Positions 49,379 through 57,862 of a stretch of 64,000 nt of DNA are shown piece by piece. This stretch comes from Candidatus Entotheonellaceae bacterium. GTDB taxonomy: Bacteria; Tectomicrobia; Entotheonellia; Entotheonellales; Entotheonellaceae. Made by a program: the position numbers and the translations under genes. A model generated the notes under the pieces. It was not told where the DNA came from. It searched no databases and saw only the letters and a list, made by a program, of their open reading frames with translations. Within the stretch, counting starts at the first letter, position 1. Each line of letters opens with the position of its first letter. Location: positions 2,208,001-2,272,000 of the forward strand of contig OZ250173.1 in assembly GCA_965238075.1 (NCBI GenBank), in the 5' to 3' direction.

Positions 49379-49951
49379 ATGGTTTTTTTCTTCTTTCTTT
49401 TTGCCATCGTCGGGCTGGCCTCGGCGGTGATGGTCGTGACACGAAAAAACGTCATGCACGCGGCGCTGTTTTTGCTGCTGACGTTTGCCTGTGTCGGTGC
49501 CACCTACGTCATGCTGCGAGCCGAGCTTCTGGCGGCGGTGCAGGTGCTGGTATACGCCGGCGCCGTGATGGTGCTGTTCCTCTTCGCCATCCTGTTGGTG
49601 AACATGCCGGAGGCGGTTCGGATGCGTCAATGGACGCGCCAGAGCGCCGTGGCGGTGGTGCTGGCGGGTTTGACGGGCCTGTGGCTGATCATCGCCACGG
49701 TTCGCGCCTTCACTGGCTTTGCGGCGCCTCCCGAGGCCGCTACGCAACCCCTTGGCACGCCGCGCGCCATCGGCGAGGCGCTGTTTTCCGATTACGTCCT
49801 GCCTTTTGAAATTGCTTCGCTCATCCTGCTCGCCGCCATGGTCGGTGCGATTGTCTTGGCGCGCGAAACGGCTCGGGAGGAAGAGCGCCCCACCGAGGCG
49901 CTGTCCGGGCCGCCACAGCCAGACGCGCAGGAAGACCAGCAACCCGTCTAG
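49379..49951 (+). CDS. nuoJ: NADH-quinone oxidoreductase subunit J (copy 2)
   Basis: KNVMHAALFL, QVLVYAGAVMVLFLFAILL, YVLPFEIASLILL. Confidence 0.94.
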   Translation: MVFFFFLFAIVGLASAVMVVTRKNVMHAALFLLLTFACVGATYVMLRAELLAAVQVLVYAGAVMVLFLFAILLVNMPEAVRMRQWTRQSAVAVVLAGLTGLWLIIATVRAFTGFAAPPEAATQPLGTPRAIGEALFSDYVLPFEIASLILLAAMVGAIVLARETAREEERPTEALSGPPQPDAQEDQQPV

Positions 49952-49975
49952 CTCATCACGAAGTGGAGAAAGCCG

Positions 49976-50278
49976 TTGGTGCCGTTGTCTTGGTATTTGG
50001 TGTTTGGTGCGTTGCTTTTCATGATCGGGGTCGTCGGGGTACTGACGCGCCGCAACGTGATTATCGTGCTCATGTCCATCGAACTGATGCTCAACGCCGT
50101 GAACGTCACGCTGATCAGCTTCTCGCATTACCTGCAGGATTTACGCGGTCAGATCTTCACCCTCTTTATCATCGCGGTTGCCGCCTCCGAGGCCGCCATT
50201 GGCCTGGCGCTGGTGATCTCGATGTACCGCGGTAAATCCACCTTTAACCTGGACGAGGTCAACGTATTGAAGTGGTAA
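49976..50278 (+). CDS. nuoK: NADH-quinone oxidoreductase subunit K (copy 2)
   Basis: RRNVIIVLMSIELMLNAVN, VAASEAAIGLAL, LKW end. Confidence 0.95.
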   Translation: MVPLSWYLVFGALLFMIGVVGVLTRRNVIIVLMSIELMLNAVNVTLISFSHYLQDLRGQIFTLFIIAVAASEAAIGLALVISMYRGKSTFNLDEVNVLKW

Positions 50279-50367
50279 GGGGTTGCCATTGTGGCAGGCC
50301 GTTGCAGGGCTTGCGCTGTGCGTCGCCATTGGTCAAGCCCCTGATCCCATAAGGAATTGTTTGTCCT

Positions 50368-52341
50368 ATGAAAGTTCTCGTGTGGTTGATCCCGATCCTT
50401 CCCGCCGTGGCCGTGCTGCTCAACGGTCTGTTGGGGCGGCGTGTCTTTCGCGACAAGGCCCATTACCTCGGCGTCGGCTCGGTCGGGCTGGCCCTGTTGT
50501 GCGCCCTGATCGTCATCCTGCGCGTTATCGCCGACCCGCAGCATCCGATCGAGGCCAAGCTGTACCCCTGGATTTTCGCCGGCTCCTTCTCGGTGGACAT
50601 GGGGCTGATGGTCGACTCGCTGAGCGCCGTCATGCTGTTCGTGGTGTGCGGCGTCGGCTTCCTGGTGCACGTTTATTCGGTCGGCTACATGCACGGCGAC
50701 CCCAGCTACCCGCGCTTCTTCACCTACCTCAACCTGTTCATGACTTCCATGCTGGTGCTGGTGCTGGCCGACAATTACCTGCTGATGTTCGTCGGCTGGG
50801 AGGGGGTGGGGCTGTGTTCCTACCTGCTGATCGGCTTCTGGTACGAGCGCCGCTCAGCCTCGGACGCCGGCAAGAAAGCCTTCATCGTCAACCGTATCGG
50901 CGACGCCGGGTTCATCCTGGCGATGGCGCTGATTTTCTGGACTACCGGCTCCCTGGCGTACCACGACGTGTTTGCGGCGGCCGCCGACCACAAGATCACC
51001 ACCGGCATCGCCACGGCGATCACCCTGCTGCTGTTCATCGGCGCCATGGGCAAATCGGCGCAGATCCCGTTGTATGTGTGGTTGCCTGACGCCATGGAAG
51101 GGCCGACACCGGTCAGCGCCCTGATTCACGCCGCCACGATGGTCACCGCGGGAGTTTACATGGTGGTGCGCAGTCAGGCGCTGTATCTCCTGGCGCCGAT
51201 CTCGATGGACGTGATGGCGGGTATCGGGGCGTTCACGGCGCTATTCGCCGCCAGCATCGCCCTGGTGCAGACCGACATCAAGCGGGTGCTGGCCTATTCC
51301 ACGGTGAGCCAATTGGGCTACATGTTTCTCGGCTGCGGGGTCGGCGCGTTCACCTCGGGCCTGTTCCACGTCATGACGCACGCCTTCTTCAAGGGCCTGC
51401 TCTTCCTCGGCGCCGGCAGCGTCATCCACGCCATGCACGAGGAGCAGGACATGCGACGCATGGGCGGGCTGAGGCGCCACATACGGGGAACCTACGATAC
51501 GATGCTGCTGGCGACTATTGCGATCGCCGGCATTCCGCCCTTCGCGGGCTTCTGGAGCAAGGACGAAATCCTGGCCTCGGCGATCAAGGGCGGTCACGTC
51601 CTGTGGTGGGTGCTGGGCCTGTGCGCCGCCTTCATGACGTCGTTCTACATGTTCCGGCTGATCTTCATGACCTTCCGGGGCGAGGAGCGGTTCGACACCG
51701 AGCAGGTGCACCCGCACGAATCGCCGCCGTCGATGCTGCAGCCGCTGCGGATTCTGGCCGTCCTGTCGGTCATCGGCGGCGTTATCGTGGGCATTCCGCC
51801 GGAGAACGGGCTGTTTCACAAGTTTGTGGCGCACGCCTTCCATAACCAAGGCGAGCACGCTGCTCATGCCTTTCATTTCTGGCCCGACGTGCCCCTTATG
51901 CTGCTGTCAACGGTGATCGCGCTCGGTGGTCTGTACCTTGCCTATCTGTTCTATATCCAGGATCCGGAACGCCCGAAACGCCTGGCGGAAAGATTTGCCT
52001 TCGCCTACGAGACGCTGCTCAACAAGTATTACATCGACGAGTTTTACGACGCTTACATCGTGCGCCCGGTGAAGTGGAGCACCGATGCCTTGTGGAGTGT
52101 CGACGCGCACGTGGTGGACGGCGTGGTGAACGGCTTTGGGGCCTTCACGCGGCTGTACGCCAACTGGTCCGGCATCGTCGACCGTTGGGTGGTCGATGGG
52201 GCGGTGAACGGCGTCGGTACCGTCATCCAGAGCGGCTCGCGGGCTTTCCGACTCATCCAGACGGGTGTGGTGCAAAACTATCTGCTCGTCATGGCCCTGG
52301 GCCTGTTCGTCTTTGCCACGATTTATTTGATCGTCATATAA
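50368..52341 (+). CDS. nuoL: NADH-quinone oxidoreductase subunit L (copy 2)
   Basis: Same NuoL motifs (GKSAQIPLYVWLPDAMEGPTPVSALIH). Confidence 0.97.
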   Translation: MKVLVWLIPILPAVAVLLNGLLGRRVFRDKAHYLGVGSVGLALLCALIVILRVIADPQHPIEAKLYPWIFAGSFSVDMGLMVDSLSAVMLFVVCGVGFLVHVYSVGYMHGDPSYPRFFTYLNLFMTSMLVLVLADNYLLMFVGWEGVGLCSYLLIGFWYERRSASDAGKKAFIVNRIGDAGFILAMALIFWTTGSLAYHDVFAAAADHKITTGIATAITLLLFIGAMGKSAQIPLYVWLPDAMEGPTPVSALIHAATMVTAGVYMVVRSQALYLLAPISMDVMAGIGAFTALFAASIALVQTDIKRVLAYSTVSQLGYMFLGCGVGAFTSGLFHVMTHAFFKGLLFLGAGSVIHAMHEEQDMRRMGGLRRHIRGTYDTMLLATIAIAGIPPFAGFWSKDEILASAIKGGHVLWWVLGLCAAFMTSFYMFRLIFMTFRGEERFDTEQVHPHESPPSMLQPLRILAVLSVIGGVIVGIPPENGLFHKFVAHAFHNQGEHAAHAFHFWPDVPLMLLSTVIALGGLYLAYLFYIQDPERPKRLAERFAFAYETLLNKYYIDEFYDAYIVRPVKWSTDALWSVDAHVVDGVVNGFGAFTRLYANWSGIVDRWVVDGAVNGVGTVIQSGSRAFRLIQTGVVQNYLLVMALGLFVFATIYLIVI

Positions 52342-52351
52342 GGTTTCAATC

Positions 52352-52432
52352 GTCATTAAACCCGCGCACGCGGGAATCCAACGCCTTTGGCCACCGAAAA
52401 ACCCTTGGACTCCCGCCTTCGCGGGAGTGACG
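52352..52432. repeat. Bipartite palindromic repeat (dRS3/RPE-like) between second nuoL and nuoM
   Basis: CCCGCGCACGCGGGAATCCA...TGGACTCCCGCCTTCGCGGGAGTGAC. Confidence 0.75.
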
Positions 52433-52494
52433 GGAATTGGCATTACCAAAAGCGGCGTCTGCGCCACGGATCTGGAAATTAGGGGAGCTTTTGC

Positions 52495-54150
52495 ATGGAG
52501 TACATTCTCGCACACGCCGAGCACATTCTGCCGCATCCCGACGGGGTTACGCCGCTGCTTACGTTCATCATCTTCCTGCCGTTGCTGGGTGCGCTGGCCA
52601 CCATGGCGATTCCCAAGGCCGAGGTGAGACTGATGAAGGCTGTCGCCGTTTTCTGCACCGTGGCGGCGTTCCTGCTCTCCCTGGTGGCGCTGAGCAATTT
52701 CGATGGCTCGACGCACAAGATGCAACTGGCGGAGTACCACAGCTGGATTCCCTCCATCGGCGTCGCCTATTTCCTCGGCATCGACGGCCTGAGCATTCTG
52801 CTGGTGCTGCTCACCACCCTGCTGTCCATTCTCGTTGTGATGTGCTCGTTCAACGCCATTCAAGACATGCAGAAGGCGTATTACAGCTGCCTGCTGTTTC
52901 TGGAAACCGGCATGCTGGGCGTCTTCCTGGCGCTGGATTTCTTCCTGTTCTACATCTTCTGGGAGATCATGCTGGTGCCGATGTACTTCCTGATCGGCAT
53001 CTGGGGGCACGGACGGCGGCTGTATTCGGCGATCAAGTTCTTCCTCTACACCCTGTTCGGCTCGGTGTTCATGCTGCTGGGCATCCTGGCGCTCTACTTC
53101 TTCAACAGCACCGGCGACTACGGCACCGGCGAGCTGACGTTCAACATCATTGAGCTGATCAACAACGTGCGGGTGCCGACGGAGCCCATTTTCGTCGGGC
53201 TGTCGGCGCAGGACCTGATCTTCCTGGCGCTGTTCCTGGGCTTCGCCATCAAGGTGCCGATGTTCCCGTTCCACACCTGGCTGCCCGACGCGCATACCGA
53301 CGCGCCGACGGCCGGCAGCGTCGTGCTGGCGGGCGTACTGCTGAAGATGGGCACCTACGGCTTCGTGCGCTTCAGCCTGCCGCTGCTGCCGACGGCCAGC
53401 CACAACATGGTCGGCTTCATGGCCACGCTGGCGATCATCGGCATCCTGTACGGCGCCCTGGTGGCCATGGCGCAGCGCGACATGAAGCGCCTCATCGCGT
53501 ATTCCAGCGTCAGCCACATGGGCTTTCTGATGCTCGGCATTTTCGCCCTCAACCCCGAGGGCGTGACCGGCGGCGTCATCCAGATGATCAATCACGGCAT
53601 CAGCACCGGCGCCCTGTTCCTGCTGGTCGGTATCATCTACGAGCGGCGGCACACGCGCGAAATCGCGGCGTTCAGCGGCTTGGCGACGACAGTGCCCATC
53701 TTCGCGGTGTTCTTCGCCATCACCATGTTCTCGTCCATCGGCCTGCCGGGTTTGAACGGCTTCGTGGGCGAGTTCCTCATCCTCGTCGGCATTTTCAAGG
53801 CGAACGTTGCCTATGCCACGCTGGCGGTACTCGGCATTATCCTGGGGGCGGCCTACATGCTGTGGCTCTACCAGCGCATCATGTTCGGCGAGGCCACGAC
53901 GCCCGAGAACCAGACCATGAAGGACATGAATTTCCGCGAGATCGGCTACATGCTGCCGCTGGTCATCCTGATGTTCTGGATCGGCCTGTACCCGCGCCCG
54001 TACCTCAACCTGATGCGCCCGACCGTGGATCACTACGTCACCCAGATGCAGGAGCGCCACATGGCCGAGCGCTATGACCCGCAACGGGCGACGCGGCAGG
54101 CATCGCACGACGACGAGGCGGACATCGCCGCGCCCGCGGAGGACCGCTGA
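52495..54150 (+). CDS. nuoM: NADH-quinone oxidoreductase subunit M (copy 2)
   Basis: KVPMFPFHTWLPDAHTDAPTAGSVVLAGVLLKMGTYG. Confidence 0.97.
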   Translation: MEYILAHAEHILPHPDGVTPLLTFIIFLPLLGALATMAIPKAEVRLMKAVAVFCTVAAFLLSLVALSNFDGSTHKMQLAEYHSWIPSIGVAYFLGIDGLSILLVLLTTLLSILVVMCSFNAIQDMQKAYYSCLLFLETGMLGVFLALDFFLFYIFWEIMLVPMYFLIGIWGHGRRLYSAIKFFLYTLFGSVFMLLGILALYFFNSTGDYGTGELTFNIIELINNVRVPTEPIFVGLSAQDLIFLALFLGFAIKVPMFPFHTWLPDAHTDAPTAGSVVLAGVLLKMGTYGFVRFSLPLLPTASHNMVGFMATLAIIGILYGALVAMAQRDMKRLIAYSSVSHMGFLMLGIFALNPEGVTGGVIQMINHGISTGALFLLVGIIYERRHTREIAAFSGLATTVPIFAVFFAITMFSSIGLPGLNGFVGEFLILVGIFKANVAYATLAVLGIILGAAYMLWLYQRIMFGEATTPENQTMKDMNFREIGYMLPLVILMFWIGLYPRPYLNLMRPTVDHYVTQMQERHMAERYDPQRATRQASHDDEADIAAPAEDR

Positions 54151-54152
54151 TC

Positions 54153-55613
54153 ATGGCGATACCCGCTCCGCCGCTGTCTGAAGTTCTGGCTCTGTGGCCG
54201 GAAATCCTGCTTTCCGTGGCGGCTTGCGCAATGTTGGTCATCGACCTGTTGACGAGCCGCGACCGCAAAGCGGACATCGGCTGGGTGTGCCTCGGCGTCG
54301 TTGTGCTGGCGCTGGTGGGCACCCTCCTGCACCCGCCGCAGGCCGGCAGCATTTTTTCCGGCATGTTTCTGGCGGACGGCTACGCGGCGTTCTTCAAGGT
54401 GCTGTTCCTGATCGCCGCCGCGCTGACCGTGCTGATTTCCCTGCGCTATCTGGACGATGAGGGCATCCAGCGGGGCGAATACTACGCCCTGCTGCTGTTT
54501 GCCACCGTCGGCATGATGTTCATGGCGGGCGGCGGCGACTTCATCAGCATCTACCTGGGGCTGGAATTGATGTCGCTGTCGACCTACGTGTTGGTGGGCT
54601 TCATCCGCCGCGACGGCGCCTCGACCGAGGGGGCGGTGAAGTACTTCCTGATGGGGGCGTTCACCTCGGGAATCCTGCTTTACGGGCTGGCATTGTTGTA
54701 CGGCCTGACCGGCAGCACCAACTTGGCGGCGGTGGCGCAGAGCCTGGCGGGTCTGTCGCCGGACAACCCGGCGCTGGTGCTGGCGACGATTCTCGTCGTG
54801 GTGGGATTCGGCTTCAAGATCGCCGCGGTGCCGTTCCACATGTGGGTGCCCGACACCTATGAAGGGGCGCCGACGTCGATCACGGCGTTCATGTCGTCCG
54901 CGGTCAAGGCGGCGGCCCTGGCGGGCCTGGCGCGGGTGTTCATCGTCGCCCTGTTCCCCAGCGCGGAGATCTGGGAAGTGCTGTGGTGGATCCTTGCTGC
55001 CCTCAGCATGATCCTCGGCAACGTGGTGGCCATTGCCCAGACGAGCCTGAAGCGCATGCTGGCCTATTCGAGCATTTCGCACGCCGGCTACGCCCTGATC
55101 GGCGTGGTGGCGGCGACGCAGGCGCGCGAGGTCGGGCTGACGGGGGCGCTGTTCTACATGTTCGTGTACCTGTTCGCCACCATGGGTGCCTTCAGCATGG
55201 TGATCCTGCTGACCCGCCGGGGCTTCCGCAGCGACAAGATTGCCGATTTCGCCGGCCTCGGTCGCAGCGCCCCGTTGGCGGCTTTTGTCTACATCATCTT
55301 CTTCCTGTCCCTGGCGGGCATTCCGCCCACCGCCGGTTTCGTCGGCAAGCTGGTCGTCTTCCGTGCCGCCATTGAGTCCGGCCACATCGTCCTCGCCGTT
55401 ATCGGCGTTGCCACCAGCGCCATCGCCGCTTATTACTACTTCATGGTCATCAAGACGATGTTCATGGAAGAGGCGGTGGTGCAACCGCAACTCTCCCCCT
55501 CCCGCCCCCTCGCCGTCGGCCTTGGCATCATGGCCGTTGCCACCGTGCTGCTCGGCCTGTTCCCCGCCGTCGTCCTCGACGCTGTCACCGAGTCGGTGAA
55601 ACTGCTGCAATAA
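54153..55613 (+). CDS. nuoN: NADH-quinone oxidoreductase subunit N (copy 2)
   Basis: EGAVKYFLMG, FKIAAVPFHMWVPDTYEGAPT, LAGIPPTAGFVGK. Confidence 0.96.
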   Translation: MAIPAPPLSEVLALWPEILLSVAACAMLVIDLLTSRDRKADIGWVCLGVVVLALVGTLLHPPQAGSIFSGMFLADGYAAFFKVLFLIAAALTVLISLRYLDDEGIQRGEYYALLLFATVGMMFMAGGGDFISIYLGLELMSLSTYVLVGFIRRDGASTEGAVKYFLMGAFTSGILLYGLALLYGLTGSTNLAAVAQSLAGLSPDNPALVLATILVVVGFGFKIAAVPFHMWVPDTYEGAPTSITAFMSSAVKAAALAGLARVFIVALFPSAEIWEVLWWILAALSMILGNVVAIAQTSLKRMLAYSSISHAGYALIGVVAATQAREVGLTGALFYMFVYLFATMGAFSMVILLTRRGFRSDKIADFAGLGRSAPLAAFVYIIFFLSLAGIPPTAGFVGKLVVFRAAIESGHIVLAVIGVATSAIAAYYYFMVIKTMFMEEAVVQPQLSPSRPLAVGLGIMAVATVLLGLFPAVVLDAVTESVKLLQ

Positions 55614-55659
55614 GCCACCAGGGTTGGGTTGCCGGGCGATCCCCCCTGTTCACCACCCT

Positions 55660-56058
55660 TTACTTGGTGGCATCCAACCTGTTTAATCGGCCGGGCCATT
55701 CCAGGATGCGCCGGTCGGCGGTGACAAGCCGATGTCTGTCAAGCGTGGTGGCCACGATAATACGGTCGGCCGGATCCCCGCGCATATCGGGAAGCAGACC
55801 GGCGCGCGCGGCAATTTCGCCATCGACCGGAACTTCGATCAAGCCTTCGTTCAGTAAGCTCACACGCCATGTGCCAATGTCGACGAGAAGTTCCAATCGT
55901 CCCTTTTCGTACAGCATGGCGACCTCCCAGAAGGTAATTGCGGATACGCCTACATTATTGTCGGGCCAGTCCCGGCCAATAACCTGACGGGCCTGTCGAC
56001 CCAGCCGTGGATCGTCGAGCAGCAACCATATCAGTGTATGTGTATCAAGCAGGATCAT
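55660..56058 (-). CDS. PIN-domain (VapC-like) toxin
   Basis: MILLDTHTLIW, VSAITFWEVAML, GDPADRIIVAT, LVTADRRI. Confidence 0.92.
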   Translation of the reverse strand: MILLDTHTLIWLLLDDPRLGRQARQVIGRDWPDNNVGVSAITFWEVAMLYEKGRLELLVDIGTWRVSLLNEGLIEVPVDGEIAARAGLLPDMRGDPADRIIVATTLDRHRLVTADRRILEWPGRLNRLDATK

Positions 56059-56336
56059 GGATTCAGTACACGATGAGGATTGCTCTCAGCCTCCCATTCC
56101 GTGTCGGTTGGCGCCGTAATGTCACCTAGGATTGTGATCTTGTCCCGGTCCCGCCCGAATGGCGCCTTTGGCCTTAGCCGGTATGGCGCGAGCCTTGATA
56201 CCGGGCGCCCGTTCTTCGTGATGATGACCTCCTCGCCGCTTTCTGCCACTTCGTCCATGAGCCTCAGGCACTTGGCCTTGAACTCCGATGCCTTGATGGT
56301 GCGGGGTCCCGCAGGGGCATTGCTGTCTGCTGTCAT
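56055..56336 (-). CDS. Phd/YefM-family antitoxin
   Basis: IKASEFKAKCLRLMDEVAESGEEVIITKNGRPVSRLAP; ATGA-coupled to the PIN gene. Confidence 0.92.
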   Translation of the reverse strand: MTADSNAPAGPRTIKASEFKAKCLRLMDEVAESGEEVIITKNGRPVSRLAPYRLRPKAPFGRDRDKITILGDITAPTDTEWEAESNPHRVLNP

Positions 56337-56372
56337 GGCTCGTTTCCCGTTCAGTTATGTGACGCCTTCTTA

Positions 56373-56392
56373 ACCATGGTCATGACTATGGT
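56373..56392. promoter_or_regulatory. Candidate operator palindrome for the Phd-PIN pair
   Basis: ACCATGGTCATGACTATGGT, a 20-bp near-perfect palindrome about 37 bp upstream of the antitoxin start. Confidence 0.5.
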
Positions 56393-56535
56393 CATACTAC
56401 CGAAAAAGAATGGCAATGACCACCTCCACTGTATAGGGCTGGGGACAGCACAACAGCAGGGCGGCGTCCTGCCTGCGGATCAAAGTCTATCCATACGATA
56501 TCGCCGCGGTCCGGAGTGCGCCGGGAACGCTTCAC
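56392..56535 (-). pseudogene. Truncated MazF/PemK-family toxin remnant
   Basis: MKRSRRTPDRGDIVWIDFDPQAGRRPAVVLSPALYSG then unrelated residues and a stop (47 aa); the xEQAG segment and C-terminal half are missing. Confidence 0.8.
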
Positions 56536-56536
56536 C

Positions 56537-56776
56537 CTATTTCACGACCCCACCAGCGGACCAAAGTCCACTTCGCCGTGCCTGTTGCTCTCGGTAATCC
56601 CGTCCACAAGTGTTTCCAGGCGACTGCGGGGCCGGTTTGCGACGGAAACCACCAGCTCTGCGCCTTCTCGACATCACGTCCACGGCTGATCCCAATTTGA
56701 GCCCGACCTTGGCCGCGAGAGCGCCCGGAATCCGCAGTGCCAGGCTATCGCCCCACGACTCAACGCGAACTTCCAT
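56537..56776 (-). pseudogene. Frameshifted MazE/AbrB-family antitoxin
   Basis: MEVRVESWGDSLALRIPGALAAKVGLKLGSAVDV in one frame; ELVVSV...LETLVDGITESNRHGEVDFGPLVG in another. Confidence 0.8.
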
Positions 56777-56823
56777 CGCTTTCCCATCCTTTCCGCCTCG
56801 TTGCAACATGCGCCCATGCGCGG

Positions 56824-57126
56824 TTATTGCCGCATCGATACAAGGGTTGACGCCGGCCGAATGTCTTGAATGAGCCGTTGTTTTTTGTCCGCCAGTTGGC
56901 GGAAGTCGCACTCGGCCTGGGTGCCGTCCCAGAATTGGTCGGACTGCCCGAAGAAGGCGCCGAAGCGGATGGACATGGCGGGTGTAATCGACCGTCTGGC
57001 GTGAATGATCTCGTTGATCGCTCGCGGGGCAACACCGATGGCGCGGGCCATGGCGTTCTGTGAGATGCCCATCGGCTTGAGGTACTCCTCGAGAAGCATT
57101 TTGCCGGGTGTGATCGGATTATCCAT
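56824..57126 (-). CDS. HigA-family antitoxin (orphan)
   Basis: [45 protein letters not shown]...FFGQS.QFW; no higB upstream. Confidence 0.85.
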   Translation of the reverse strand: MDNPITPGKMLLEEYLKPMGISQNAMARAIGVAPRAINEIIHARRSITPAMSIRFGAFFGQSDQFWDGTQAECDFRQLADKKQRLIQDIRPASTLVSMRQ

Positions 57127-57384
57127 TATTGCCTCTTATGACATTCCGTGTACGTATGTGTCCCTGCAAGACGTTCAGAGCAGGTCGGATTCCCGCAGCA
57201 GCATCCGTCAGTTCCCTATCTGCCCGCCTCTCCGGAATCCATGATGATCAGCCGCGTGATCAACTCGAAGTCGCCGGCCGCGGCGGAGGACTCGGCGGCG
57301 ATGGGCAGGGTGAAGTCGCGGCTGCCGCTGAGCCCCAAACCGGCGGCCTGGGCGATGTGAGCGATGACGGCGTTCAGGAGTATT

Positions 57385-57745
57385 GCGCAGGCTATTTTTA
57401 ATCGAGAGCCATGAAAATGGCTCCCGGAGCGACCGCCGCCCCCCTGACAAGGGGGGTTGGGGGGTTACATGTTTCCCCCAGATGGGCCTCGTGCCCACCC
57501 TGTGGAGTGCCCGCCTGCCTGGGACTATGGGCACCCACAAGGGGCGCCCCTACGAGGTTCGGGGCGTTGCGCAGACTGTTTTCATAAGCGTAGCGTAACC
57601 CGACCTACGGGAAGCTTCTCGCGATAGAACCCGGAACCGCGGTCCCCCGCAAGGGTTGCGGGACGTTGGGCGTGTTCCGGCAGTGTTCCAAGGGGTCACA
57701 GCGCAACACGCCAGCGGGCGGGTTTGAAACCTGCCCCTACGGGCC
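57385..57745. repeat. Mosaic of repeats: inverted copy of the 175-bp element plus GTAG-type REP-like units
   Basis: 57417-57588 is a diverged reverse complement of 9961-10135; GCGTAGCGTAACCCGACCTAC near 57590; GGGCGGGTTTGAAACCTGCCCCTAC near 57716-57740. Confidence 0.8.
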
Positions 57746-57862
57746 GCGCCCCGGTTGGGGACAAGCTTTGCGGCAATATACGGGCAATCACGCATCACGA
57801 TCCACTAACCACTCCGTCAATCCCCTGGAGAGCCAGGGGGTCCGAAAATCCAGAGTGCCATC

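Noticed and set aside
49379-55613. Second J-K-L-M-N set as an Mrp antiporter or hydrogenase membrane arm
   Set aside because: Order and motifs match Nuo subunits; no MrpE/F/G or hydrogenase genes are present.
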